Shown piece by piece: positions 9,270 through 17,924 of a stretch of 64,000 nt of DNA. The position numbers were made by a program, and so were the translations under genes. The stretch spans positions 224,001-288,000 of the forward strand of contig CBDHDG010000004.1 of assembly GCA_965261595.1 (NCBI GenBank), given 5' to 3'. The notes under the pieces were generated by a model. The model did no database searches and was not told where the DNA came from. It worked only from the letters and a program-made list of their open reading frames with translations. The number at the start of each line of letters is the position of its first letter. Positions within the stretch are counted from its first letter, which is position 1. This DNA comes from a bacterium (GTDB lineage: Bacteria > UBA8248 > JACPRG01 > G963555815).

Positions 9270-10667
9270 TCAGTCGAAGCCGTCCGTCCACTCCTCCAGA
9301 TACTCTTCCAGCTTCACGCCCTCTGTGCCGGGAATCCGCGTCGGCTCGGGGATCGCGTACGGCAGGCCGATGGGCGTCGTGGCGTCGATTCCCAGCCGGG
9401 TCACCATCCCTCCCCTGCCCCTGCGCGTAATCTCGTACGAGGTCGGGTCTTCCGATTCCCCCAGGACGCCGGGGACCATGAACAGGTCCCGGTCGGCGAC
9501 CACCCGGGTGGCGAGCACCCACAAGACCTCACGGTCCACTTCCATCGCGACATCGGTGTCCACGGCAAAGACGGTCTTCACGCCGGGGATGGTCCCGAGG
9601 GCCGCCAGGATGGCCTTCTTGGCCTCGCCCATCCGGGTCTGGTTCACTTTGACGTATGCGTGATAACCGTTCGAGACGGCCGGGATCCGGACGTCCACAA
9701 CCGCCGGGACGGCCGCCCGGAGAACTTCCAGGGCCCGGGCCTCACGGATGGGGGTGGGGAGGAAAAGCCTCTCGCCGAAGATCCCCGCGGCCTGGAAGAC
9801 GGCGTCCCCGCGCCGGGTGAGGGCGCTCACGCGCAAGACGGGCGCGGTCCTCTCCCGGCCCTCGTAACCGATGGGAGAGGCGGGGGCCCGCAGGGTCGCG
9901 ACGTCGCCGGGCGAGACGGTCCCCTCGATAACGATCTCGGCCTGGGCCGGCACGGGGAGATCCCCCGCCAGGCTCCGCGTAACGGAGAGGGACTCTCCCA
10001 TCAGCGATCCGATGCGGCCGAGGGATTCGGGACCGTCCGCTCCGACGGCGGCGGAAAAATAAAAAGCCGGGTGCATCCCAATCACCAGCGCCACGTCCAG
10101 GGGCTTTTCTTCCTCCGCGGCGGCCGAGACGCAGGCGGCCAGGGGGGAGTCCTCCGCCGGGAGAATCCCCAACGCGTCTTTCCCGAGGACGACGGTTTGG
10201 GGAAGGCTGACGGTCACCGCGCCCGAGCGGGGGTCCCGCGCGACGGCGGCGCCCATCAGGAGGCTCGGGGCCTCGTCCGACTCGGCATGCGTCAGGATAG
10301 GGAGCTCGGAGAGGTCCACCTCCCCTCCCGTGCGCTGGACCTCGTGGACCGGTCCGGTTTGGACCTGTACGGGAGGAAGGAGCGCCTTCAACTTGTCCCG
10401 AAGCGTGCCTGCATAGTTTTCGGAATCCGGCACCAAGCCCAGGGCGAGACTGGCCCGTGCGCGGTTGGTGAGAAGGTTGCCCACGACGGGAAGAGGGCTT
10501 CCCTCGACGGAGGAGAAATAGACGGCGGCCCCGCGCCTCTCCCGCCGGGTCTTCTCCAGGATGGCCGAAATCCCGTGCCGGGGAGAAACCGGCTTCTCAA
10601 CGCGCAGGAACGCCTCGGGCAGCTCGGCTTCAAGTGTAGCCAGGTAATCTCTCAGCGATTGAGGCAT
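9270..10667 (-). CDS. UbiD-family protein with degenerate active site, copy 2
   Basis: AEIVIEG, WVLATR and RLGIDAT are retained. EGPFGE is replaced by RAPASPIG and the catalytic Arg region by VSLPQT. Confidence 0.88.
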   Translation of the reverse strand: MPQSLRDYLATLEAELPEAFLRVEKPVSPRHGISAILEKTRRERRGAAVYFSSVEGSPLPVVGNLLTNRARASLALGLVPDSENYAGTLRDKLKALLPPVQVQTGPVHEVQRTGGEVDLSELPILTHAESDEAPSLLMGAAVARDPRSGAVTVSLPQTVVLGKDALGILPAEDSPLAACVSAAAEEEKPLDVALVIGMHPAFYFSAAVGADGPESLGRIGSLMGESLSVTRSLAGDLPVPAQAEIVIEGTVSPGDVATLRAPASPIGYEGRERTAPVLRVSALTRRGDAVFQAAGIFGERLFLPTPIREARALEVLRAAVPAVVDVRIPAVSNGYHAYVKVNQTRMGEAKKAILAALGTIPGVKTVFAVDTDVAMEVDREVLWVLATRVVADRDLFMVPGVLGESEDPTSYEITRRGRGGMVTRLGIDATTPIGLPYAIPEPTRIPGTEGVKLEEYLEEWTDGFD

Positions 10668-10713
10668 GACGGAAACCTTCGATTTTCGGGCGGACCTTCA
10701 ACCCGCTTCGGAT

Positions 10714-10736
10714 GGCGGCCAAGATGGCCGCCCTAC
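10714..10736 (-). repeat. GTAG-type REP-like palindrome
   Basis: GTAGGGCGGCCATCTTGGCCGCC on the minus strand, related to the copy at 7633. Confidence 0.6.
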
Positions 10737-10901
10737 CTTCATTTTGCGATACCGTCCGGGCATTTCGAGGCCGCACGCTATCGCAAGAAACTGGGCCTTG
10801 GCCGGATGCCGGAGGCTTGCGAAGCAAGACGGGCATCCGGACAAATCTAGAAAGCGCCGCAGGCCGCGGACAGACCGTTCAGCAAATCCAACACCCACCC
10901 C

Positions 10902-10983
10902 GTAAGGCCAAGCCACAGGCTTGGCCGCCAAAAGTTTTCCAGGGGGGTTGGGGGGGGACAGTTTTCAAAATGTCCCCCCCCGG
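10902..10983. repeat. Two intergenic palindromes downstream of UbiD copy 3
   Basis: GTAAGGCCAAGCC-ACA-GGCTTGGCC and GGGGGGACA-N10-TGTCCCCCC. Confidence 0.4.
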
Positions 10984-11029
10984 GATTTTTTACGCTCCTC
11001 CACAATAAGCGTTCCCCGCAATCCTTTGC

Positions 11030-12412
11030 TTAGGTTTGGATGAATTCATCGAGACTCAGCTCCTCCACCCCCGGTATTTTCGCCCGCTTCGGGAACGGAT
11101 CGTCGTATCCGGTCGGGACCGTGGCGTCCACGCCGATTTTCGTCACCATCCCGTCCCGGCTGAGGCGGGTGATGGTGTACGTCATCGGGTCCAGCCGGTT
11201 CCCGCGCGCCCCGGGGATGATCATGATGTCCCGGTCCGGCGCAACGCGCGTCGAGAGCGCCCAGAGGACGTCGTCCTCATTGAAGATGTCCACGTCCGTG
11301 TCGAAGACGAAGGCCCCCTTGATGTAAGGCGTCCGTGTCAGGGCGGTCATGAGGACGTTTTTCGCGTCGCCCTCGTTGACCTTCTCCATCTGAATGTAGG
11401 CGTGGTACAGGACGCCGGAGAGCGGGGCGTGCACGGCCCTCACGGTGGGAAAAAACCTCCGCAGCTCCCGGAGCATGTGGCCTTCGTTGGGGACAAGGGT
11501 GGCGGTGACGTGCTCGATGTATTGGCCGACGTCGTGATAGATGGCGTCCTTGCGGTGGGTGATGGCCGTGACCTCGATCTCCGGCGCGTCGACGATCTGG
11601 CCGTAGTACCGGTGGTACTCGCCGAAGGGGCCTTCGGTCTGCCTGACGTGGGGGAGGATCCTCCCCTCGATGACGATCTCCGCGTACGCCGGAACTTCCA
11701 GGTCCACGGTCTCGCACTTGACGAGGGCGACAGGCTCGTCCAACAGCCCGCCGGCCACCTCGTACTCATCCGTCCCGTTCTTCCGGGCGACCTGGGTCTG
11801 GGAGGCGATGTAAAAGGCGGGATGCATCCCCAGGATGATGGCGCATTCCAGCGGCTCGTTCTTCGCCTCGGCCTTGCGGTGGATGTACTGGAGGCGCTTG
11901 CCCCAGCTGTAGTAGACGCCCAGCTTGTTGCGGCCCACCTTCTTGTGCCGATAGATGCCGAGGTTCGACGCCCCGGTCTCGGGGTCCTTGGTCACCATCA
12001 CGCCCATCGTGATATACGGGGCGTCGTTGTGCTCATGATGAAGGAGGATGGGAAGCTGGTCGAGGTCGACCTCATCGCCGGTGAAAATCACGTCCTTGAC
12101 CGGGCCGGTCTCGACAAGGGTCGGCGGGACCTGCCGGATCTCGCGCGCCCCGATCTCCTCGGCAATCCTGTCTTCGGTCGTGTCCAGGGCGACGGCGAAT
12201 TTTTTGCGGGTGGACAGGATGTTGGCGATCACCCGGAACTCGAACCCCTTGACCCGGTCGAACAGGACGGCCGGATACATCCCCTCCCGGTCCATCTTGG
12301 CGATGACGGCGATGGGCTCCCACTCGTGGGAAACCTCCCGGCTGACGCGCCGGACCTGGTCCGGGGCCGCCTCGTGGAGTTGCTTCAGGTAAGACCGCAG
12401 GTCCTTGGGCAT
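11030..12412 (-). CDS. UbiD-family decarboxylase, copy 3
   Basis: Start placed at MPKDLRSYL by analogy with the other copies. LGIYRH, EGPFGEY, WALSTR, KIGVDAT. Confidence 0.93.
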   Translation of the reverse strand: MPKDLRSYLKQLHEAAPDQVRRVSREVSHEWEPIAVIAKMDREGMYPAVLFDRVKGFEFRVIANILSTRKKFAVALDTTEDRIAEEIGAREIRQVPPTLVETGPVKDVIFTGDEVDLDQLPILLHHEHNDAPYITMGVMVTKDPETGASNLGIYRHKKVGRNKLGVYYSWGKRLQYIHRKAEAKNEPLECAIILGMHPAFYIASQTQVARKNGTDEYEVAGGLLDEPVALVKCETVDLEVPAYAEIVIEGRILPHVRQTEGPFGEYHRYYGQIVDAPEIEVTAITHRKDAIYHDVGQYIEHVTATLVPNEGHMLRELRRFFPTVRAVHAPLSGVLYHAYIQMEKVNEGDAKNVLMTALTRTPYIKGAFVFDTDVDIFNEDDVLWALSTRVAPDRDIMIIPGARGNRLDPMTYTITRLSRDGMVTKIGVDATVPTGYDDPFPKRAKIPGVEELSLDEFIQT

Positions 12413-12688
12413 GCAATAACACCCTGTTGACGGGCAATGGTTGATCGCTTCGGGAATCCATCCAGGGACATTATCCGTCATTATCGGGAAGGCCGCAATC
12501 GGGAAGCCGGTACGTCTTCCAATTTTCGACAGCGGACAAGAACCGGACCTCCCCCGGGAAGGTCTAACCTTACCGAGAGGAAGCGGTCCGGATCATGCCC
12601 TGGCGAAATCCCGGAAATCCCCATTGCGGAGGCTTCCGGCTCAGGGTAAATTATCCGGAACCGGGTTGGAGAGGTTCTTGCTCGTTCA

Positions 12689-13063
12689 ATGGGAGGTTCG
12701 GCGGTGAGACCATCAGCGGGGATCGCAATTCTGACGGCGCTCGTGTGGACGTTTTCGGCCGGGGCCGCCGCGCACGCCGCCGATCCCAAGGCCGGCCGGG
12801 CCAAATACCTTCAACTGTGCGCCTTCTGCCATGGAAACGGCGGCAAGGGCGACGGACCCGCGGCCCGAGGCTTTCCCGTCAAGCCGGCCGACCACACGAA
12901 CAAGGCCAAGATGAAGAAACTCTCGAACGCCGACTTGGCGAAAATCATCACCCGGGGCGGCCGAAGCGTCGGAAAAAGCCCCCTCATGCCCCCCTTCGGA
13001 AACCAGCTCAAGCCGGCGGACGTGGAAAACCTGATCGCCTTTATCCGGTCGCAGGCGAGGTAG
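12689..13063 (+). CDS. Monoheme class I cytochrome c, exported
   Basis: Signal peptide ending AHA, CAFCH, GKGDGPAA, distal Met in LMPPFG. GTG 12704 after GGAGG is an alternative start. Confidence 0.92.
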   Translation: MGGSAVRPSAGIAILTALVWTFSAGAAAHAADPKAGRAKYLQLCAFCHGNGGKGDGPAARGFPVKPADHTNKAKMKKLSNADLAKIITRGGRSVGKSPLMPPFGNQLKPADVENLIAFIRSQAR

Positions 13064-13186
13064 GTCATCGGGCCGCTCATCGTCGTTCGATTCGGAAGCC
13101 TCCCCGTTTTCCCGCCAAATACGATTCTCGACCCCGCGTTCAGGATGGCCTGTTTGGTTTGAAAACCCGTGATTACGGGTGAACCG

Positions 13187-13990
13187 TCAATCCGTCAGCA
13201 CCCTGTCCAAAATCACGGGAAATTCCGCCCGGGTCTTGGCAACCAGGGACAGGTCGACTTCGGCGGTCAGGACGCCCTCCCGGTCATCCAGCGACTCGAC
13301 CATCTCCCCCCATGGGTCCACGACCATGCTGTTCCCCACGTACCACACGCCCCCCTGCTCGCCGCTGCTGTTGCACGAAATCAGGAAGCACAGGTTCTCG
13401 ACGGCCCGGGCGCGGTTGAATAATTTCCAGTGCCCGAGTCTCGGATAGGGCCAGCCGGACGTGATGAGGAAGCATTCGGCCCCGCCGTCTAGCAGCGCGC
13501 GGAAGAGCTCCGGAAAGCGGAGGTCGTAGCACGTGGCCAGCCCGAACTTTCCCAGGGGCGTCTCGACGACGGCCGGGGTTTTCCCCGCGACCATCATGTC
13601 CTGTTCCTTGGACTGATACCCGAACAGGTGGATCTTCCGGTACGTCTTCAGGACCTCGCCTTCGGGCGACAGAAAGACGGCCGTGTTGTGGAGGCCCGCT
13701 TCCGACCGCTCGACCCAGCTTCCCGCGAAAAAGTGGCAACCCTTCTCCCGGGCGATCTCCTTCATGGCCGCGAGGGTGGGGCCGCCGCCCCCGCCCCCCC
13801 CTCCGCCCAGCGGTTCGGCGTCGGCCTCCATGCGCTCATACGCAAAGGCCCCGGACGTCCAAAGCTCCGGCAGGAGGATGAGATCAACTTCCCCGAGCCC
13901 GCCGATCAACCCCCGGGCGCGGTCGATCTGCTCCTCTTTCGTTCGATCCCCGGCGGCGAGCTGGATGGAAGCGATCTTCATGCCCGGCAT
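13187..13990 (-). CDS. Carbon-nitrogen hydrolase (nitrilase superfamily)
   Basis: Glu-Lys-Cys triad: LPELW, YRKIHLF, TCYDLRFPEL. Also RARAVEN. Confidence 0.94.
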   Translation of the reverse strand: MPGMKIASIQLAAGDRTKEEQIDRARGLIGGLGEVDLILLPELWTSGAFAYERMEADAEPLGGGGGGGGGPTLAAMKEIAREKGCHFFAGSWVERSEAGLHNTAVFLSPEGEVLKTYRKIHLFGYQSKEQDMMVAGKTPAVVETPLGKFGLATCYDLRFPELFRALLDGGAECFLITSGWPYPRLGHWKLFNRARAVENLCFLISCNSSGEQGGVWYVGNSMVVDPWGEMVESLDDREGVLTAEVDLSLVAKTRAEFPVILDRVLTD

Positions 13991-14039
13991 TTCCTCATGT
14001 AATTTATAGCTTTAATAAGATAGATATAACTTATTGATA

Positions 14040-14882
14040 TTACATAATGTCAGCCGCTTTTAAAAAATCATCAATCTCATACGCCTCCTTGTCCGGATGG
14101 AGAAGGAGAAACCGCTCCCGGAACTTCTCGGACTGGCTGACGAGGATGTCCACGTGGGCGAGACAGCAGAGGTGAAGCATCTCGTCGTCGTCGCTCCGCT
14201 TCCAGTCCTCGAACCGCATTTTATAAAGGTGCTGCTTCAGGAGCGGGATTTTCACGAACGCGGCGACGGCCGGGCACCGGTTGACCTTCGTATCCACCCG
14301 CCGGGCGATCTCGCCGGGCTTCTCGGCCCTGATCACGTCCCCCACCAGTCTCCGGATGTGATCCCGACGGTCCTCCTTTTCATACCGGACAAGCAGCGCC
14401 GGAAAATCTTCAATTCCATCAGTATCGAACGCCGACTCTTTGAACAGATGGTGCAGGACGCGGCCGAACGCCTCCCCCCGGCTCATCCGCTCCCGGAGGT
14501 CGATCTCCGTCGAAACCTCGTACTTGCCTTCAGAAAGGTCGGCCACCAACCGCCGGACCCGGTCGGCGTCCTTGTCCTCGTAGTGCCACCAGTACCGGAC
14601 GATCATCTCCATCAGGGCCTGGATCTCGTCGCGGACGATCCAGCCGAAGTGCTTCAAAATGCGGCCCCCCACGACTTGCCGGAGCAGCTTGAACAACGCC
14701 GCTCCCCCTTCCGAATCGCCGAATCGGAACGCGCCCGCGAGGTCGACCAGGACGTTGTCGTCGAAGGTCACCTCGATGTCGTCGTGCTCCCGGCTATCTT
14801 TGTCGATGGCCGTGCCCGCGGGATCGATCCCCGCTTCCCGAAGATGGTGATAAACCGATGCGTCCAGATACACGATGGGCAT
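14040..14882 (-). CDS. Hypothetical protein, possible PIN-like fold
   Basis: Fills the operon gap with a protein-like sequence. N-terminal IVYLDASVY and C-terminal DDEMLHL...DILVS recall PIN domains. Confidence 0.6.
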   Translation of the reverse strand: MPIVYLDASVYHHLREAGIDPAGTAIDKDSREHDDIEVTFDDNVLVDLAGAFRFGDSEGGAALFKLLRQVVGGRILKHFGWIVRDEIQALMEMIVRYWWHYEDKDADRVRRLVADLSEGKYEVSTEIDLRERMSRGEAFGRVLHHLFKESAFDTDGIEDFPALLVRYEKEDRRDHIRRLVGDVIRAEKPGEIARRVDTKVNRCPAVAAFVKIPLLKQHLYKMRFEDWKRSDDDEMLHLCCLAHVDILVSQSEKFRERFLLLHPDKEAYEIDDFLKAADIM

Positions 14883-14897
14883 GGAAAAAACCTCGTC

Positions 14898-15737
14898 TCA
14901 GGCGTTAATCTCAATGGTCACGTGTTCGTCAACCCGGGCGTCCAGCAATTCGGCGGCGTTGCCCGAGGGGACGAACACCTCCAGAAGATCCCAGGAATTG
15001 AACAAGGCACCACTCTTTTCCTCAGCGTCCTCGCGCGCGGCCCCCGCCTCCTCATAATACCGGACCCACCCGGCCACCGCCCGGTTTTTCAAAATGACGC
15101 GCGCGCCGACACCGCGGCCGGCGGCCCAAGCCTTATCGAACAGGGCGCGGTCCACGTTCGTGATGAGATTGCCGAACCGGTCGATGTGAACGATCACACC
15201 GTGAATCCGCGTTCGGTTTTCCTCCTCCTCCACCTCGATCAGGGGAACGGGAAACGGGCGCCGGACCGCGTCCGCAACCTCCGGGCCGGCGTCGGCCGGG
15301 GCCGCGCCCGAGGCCAGGCGCGCCGCCGCGGGGGCGAAGACGTCCCGGCCGTGAAACGTCGCCGACGGCTCTTCCAGGAACCAGCCGCGGTTGGCCAGCT
15401 CGCGGACCCTCGCCCCCTCCCGGTCCAGGGCGAACGTCAGAAGCCCGTTGTCCGGCCCGAGGAAGAGATTGTCTTTCGCGTCCTGAACGAGGATGGCCCG
15501 GCGATCGCTTCCGACCCCGGGATCCACGACGGCCACGTGTATCGTTCCGTCGGGAAAATACGGACAGGCCGCGCCCAGGATCAGCCCCCCCGCCCGGATG
15601 TCCTGCGGGGGAACGTCATGCGTAATGTCGATCAGGGTGATTTCGGGGAAGATCCCCAGCGCAACCCCTTTCATCGCCCCCACGAAGCCATCAGCCAGAC
15701 CGAAGTCCGTGGTCAAGGTCACGACGGAAGGGCTCAT
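14898..15737 (-). CDS. SAM hydroxide adenosyltransferase (DUF62, fluorinase/chlorinase superfamily)
   Basis: LTTDFG, DITH, VVDPGVGSDRR, GPDNG, SATFHGRDVFAP, IDRFGN. Confidence 0.93.
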   Translation of the reverse strand: MSPSVVTLTTDFGLADGFVGAMKGVALGIFPEITLIDITHDVPPQDIRAGGLILGAACPYFPDGTIHVAVVDPGVGSDRRAILVQDAKDNLFLGPDNGLLTFALDREGARVRELANRGWFLEEPSATFHGRDVFAPAAARLASGAAPADAGPEVADAVRRPFPVPLIEVEEEENRTRIHGVIVHIDRFGNLITNVDRALFDKAWAAGRGVGARVILKNRAVAGWVRYYEEAGAAREDAEEKSGALFNSWDLLEVFVPSGNAAELLDARVDEHVTIEINA

Positions 15738-17098
15738 ACCGCAACGGGGAGCCTTAAGGCCGTCCCCAGAACGTGATCTTCATCCACCCGATAGACGCGA
15801 ACCCGAACCAAGGTGTTCATCCAGGCCTCCGGTCCCGCCGTCAGGACTTTGATGTAGTTCTCCGACAGCCCCTGAAGGAGCCCGGTATCCTTGTGGCGGC
15901 TGTGCTCGATGAGGACCTCGACCTCTTTGCCCAGGTGCTCTTCGAAGAACGCCCGGCGCTTCTTCAACCCCAGGGCGCGCAGGCGCGAAACCCGTTGCTT
16001 TCGGGCCTCGGCCGATACGCACGTTTCCATCTCCGTCGCGCGCGTGCTCCTGCGGGGCGAGTAAGGGAAGACGTGCAGATAAGTAATGGGCGCCTCTTCA
16101 ATCAGGGCGTACGTGCGCCCGAAGGCGTCCTCGGTCTCGGTGGGAAACCCGGCGATCACGTCCGCGCCGATCCCGGCGGACGGAAAAACCCGCTTGAGCG
16201 CCCGGAGCCGCTCGACGTAATAGGCCGCTTTGTAAGGCCGGCGCATGGCCTTCAAAACGGCGTCATCTCCGCTCTGAAGGGGAACATGAAAATGCGGGCA
16301 TACGCACCGGGTCTCGGCGCACGCCTCGATCAGGGCGTCCGGGATCTCCCAAGGATTGAGAGAGCTGATGCGCAGCCTGTCCAATCCGGGAATCTCCCCC
16401 AGCCGCCGGACGAGGTGAGCCAGATCGGTTGCGGGCGCCAGGTCCCAGCCATAGCTGCCCAGGTCCACCCCGGTCAGGACCACCTCCCGGAACCCGTTCG
16501 CGATCAGGTCCCGCACCTGCTGAACCGCGCCGGCCAAGGGCAGGCTCCGGCTCGGTCCCCGGGCCAGCGTGATGGCGCAGAACGAGCAGCGAAAACCGCA
16601 GCCGTCCTGCACCTTGATGAAGGCGCGGGTGTGATCCGGAAAATTCCGGATCGGAACCTCGTCGAACTTTTCAACGCGGTCCATCTCCGCAATCTCCACA
16701 ACTGGGTCCCCCGCGGCCCGTTTCCGAAGGCCGTTGCCATCGAGGAAGGCCCGCAACCGCTCCGCCAACCGAAGCTTCTCCCGGTTTCCGAGGATCAGGT
16801 CGACCCCCTGGAGATGGGACGCCTCGTCGGGGTTGGCCTGGGGATAGCACCCCGCCAGAACCACAACCGCGTCCCGGTTCGCGCGGACGGCGCGGCGGGC
16901 AAGCTGGCGGGAGCGATGGTCGCTCTTCCCGGTGACGGTGCATGTGTTGATCACATAAACGTCGGCGAAGCCCTCGAAGGGGACAACCCGATAACCCGCC
17001 CGGAGGAGACCGTCCGTCATGACCGCGGTTTCGGACTGGTTCATCCTGCAACCCAGCGTGTCCAGCGCAACGCGAAGTCCATTCGGATCGTTCGGCAT
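15734..17098 (-). CDS. mtaB: tRNA t6A37 methylthiotransferase
   Basis: TLGCRMNQSE, NTCTVT, KVQDGCGFRCSFC, HVFPYSPR, SENY. Confidence 0.93.
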   Translation of the reverse strand: MPNDPNGLRVALDTLGCRMNQSETAVMTDGLLRAGYRVVPFEGFADVYVINTCTVTGKSDHRSRQLARRAVRANRDAVVVLAGCYPQANPDEASHLQGVDLILGNREKLRLAERLRAFLDGNGLRKRAAGDPVVEIAEMDRVEKFDEVPIRNFPDHTRAFIKVQDGCGFRCSFCAITLARGPSRSLPLAGAVQQVRDLIANGFREVVLTGVDLGSYGWDLAPATDLAHLVRRLGEIPGLDRLRISSLNPWEIPDALIEACAETRCVCPHFHVPLQSGDDAVLKAMRRPYKAAYYVERLRALKRVFPSAGIGADVIAGFPTETEDAFGRTYALIEEAPITYLHVFPYSPRRSTRATEMETCVSAEARKQRVSRLRALGLKKRRAFFEEHLGKEVEVLIEHSRHKDTGLLQGLSENYIKVLTAGPEAWMNTLVRVRVYRVDEDHVLGTALRLPVAV

Positions 17099-17151
17099 CT
17101 TGAATCCTTACGCCGTCCCGTCCCCGCTCCGGCGGGGGGGAACCTGCTCCG

Positions 17152-17865
17152 TTATCGCTTCGATTTCGCGACCCGGGCCGCGTACGCCGCCCAGGTGCAT
17201 TCGACGAATTCGCTGAATTCGATCCCGTGGGTCAGCCCGCCTTCGAGGTGGTCCGCCTCGATGGGCCTCGGGTCTCCCACCAACCCGGCCGTGAGCTGCA
17301 ATTTGGCCGTATCTTCCAGGGCGATCAGGACCGTGACGGACTCCTCGATGGAGCCGCCGACGCAGACCACCCCGTGACCGGCCAACACAAGGGCGGGCGT
17401 CCCGCCCAGGGCCTCGGCCACTTTCCGGCCCAACGCCGGGCCATCGATCTGCCCCGGATTGCCCAGAACGGGGACCTTGGGCGCGAAGATCGTCCCCCGG
17501 TGTCCTATCGGCAGGATGTCCGTCCCCGACACGCTGAAGGCGACGCTGGTGTGCGGATGGGCGTGGGCCACGGACTGGACGTCCGGCCGGGCCTTATAGA
17601 TCTCCGTGTGGATGAACCGCTCCCCCGGCGGTTTCAATTCGCCCTCGACCACCTCGCCGCTTCCGTCCATGATCGTGAGGTGCTCGGGCGCGAGGTCGTC
17701 GAAGCTCTTTCCCAGGTGGTGAATATGGCCGATGATCAGGTAGCGATCCGGTTCGTCCAGCCGGACGCTGACGTGTCCCAGGTTCAGCTCGAACGCGCCA
17801 TAGATCGAGAGAATCTGGTGGGCGAGAAGGAGCTTGTCTCTTAACTCAGGGCTTGCGGTCATCAC
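17152..17865 (-). CDS. Class II aldolase/adducin family protein
   Basis: GHVSVR, ERFIHTEIYKARPDV, HAH, LAGHG. Confidence 0.9.
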   Translation of the reverse strand: MMTASPELRDKLLLAHQILSIYGAFELNLGHVSVRLDEPDRYLIIGHIHHLGKSFDDLAPEHLTIMDGSGEVVEGELKPPGERFIHTEIYKARPDVQSVAHAHPHTSVAFSVSGTDILPIGHRGTIFAPKVPVLGNPGQIDGPALGRKVAEALGGTPALVLAGHGVVCVGGSIEESVTVLIALEDTAKLQLTAGLVGDPRPIEADHLEGGLTHGIEFSEFVECTWAAYAARVAKSKR

Positions 17866-17924
17866 TTTCCAGTTTTAAAGTGTTTATGTAACAGCAATAT
17901 TATAATCCATTGATATTATATATA

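Noticed and set aside
12413..12688. Cobalamin riboswitch in the ubiD/cytochrome c spacer (GGGAAG motifs)
   Set aside because: The B12 box and conserved GCCACTG/CCC elements are not present in the expected order
14898..15737. Fluorinase/chlorinase
   Set aside because: It has the Asp-Arg-His pattern (DPG, RR, TFHGRD) of SAM hydroxide adenosyltransferases and no halometabolite cluster is nearby
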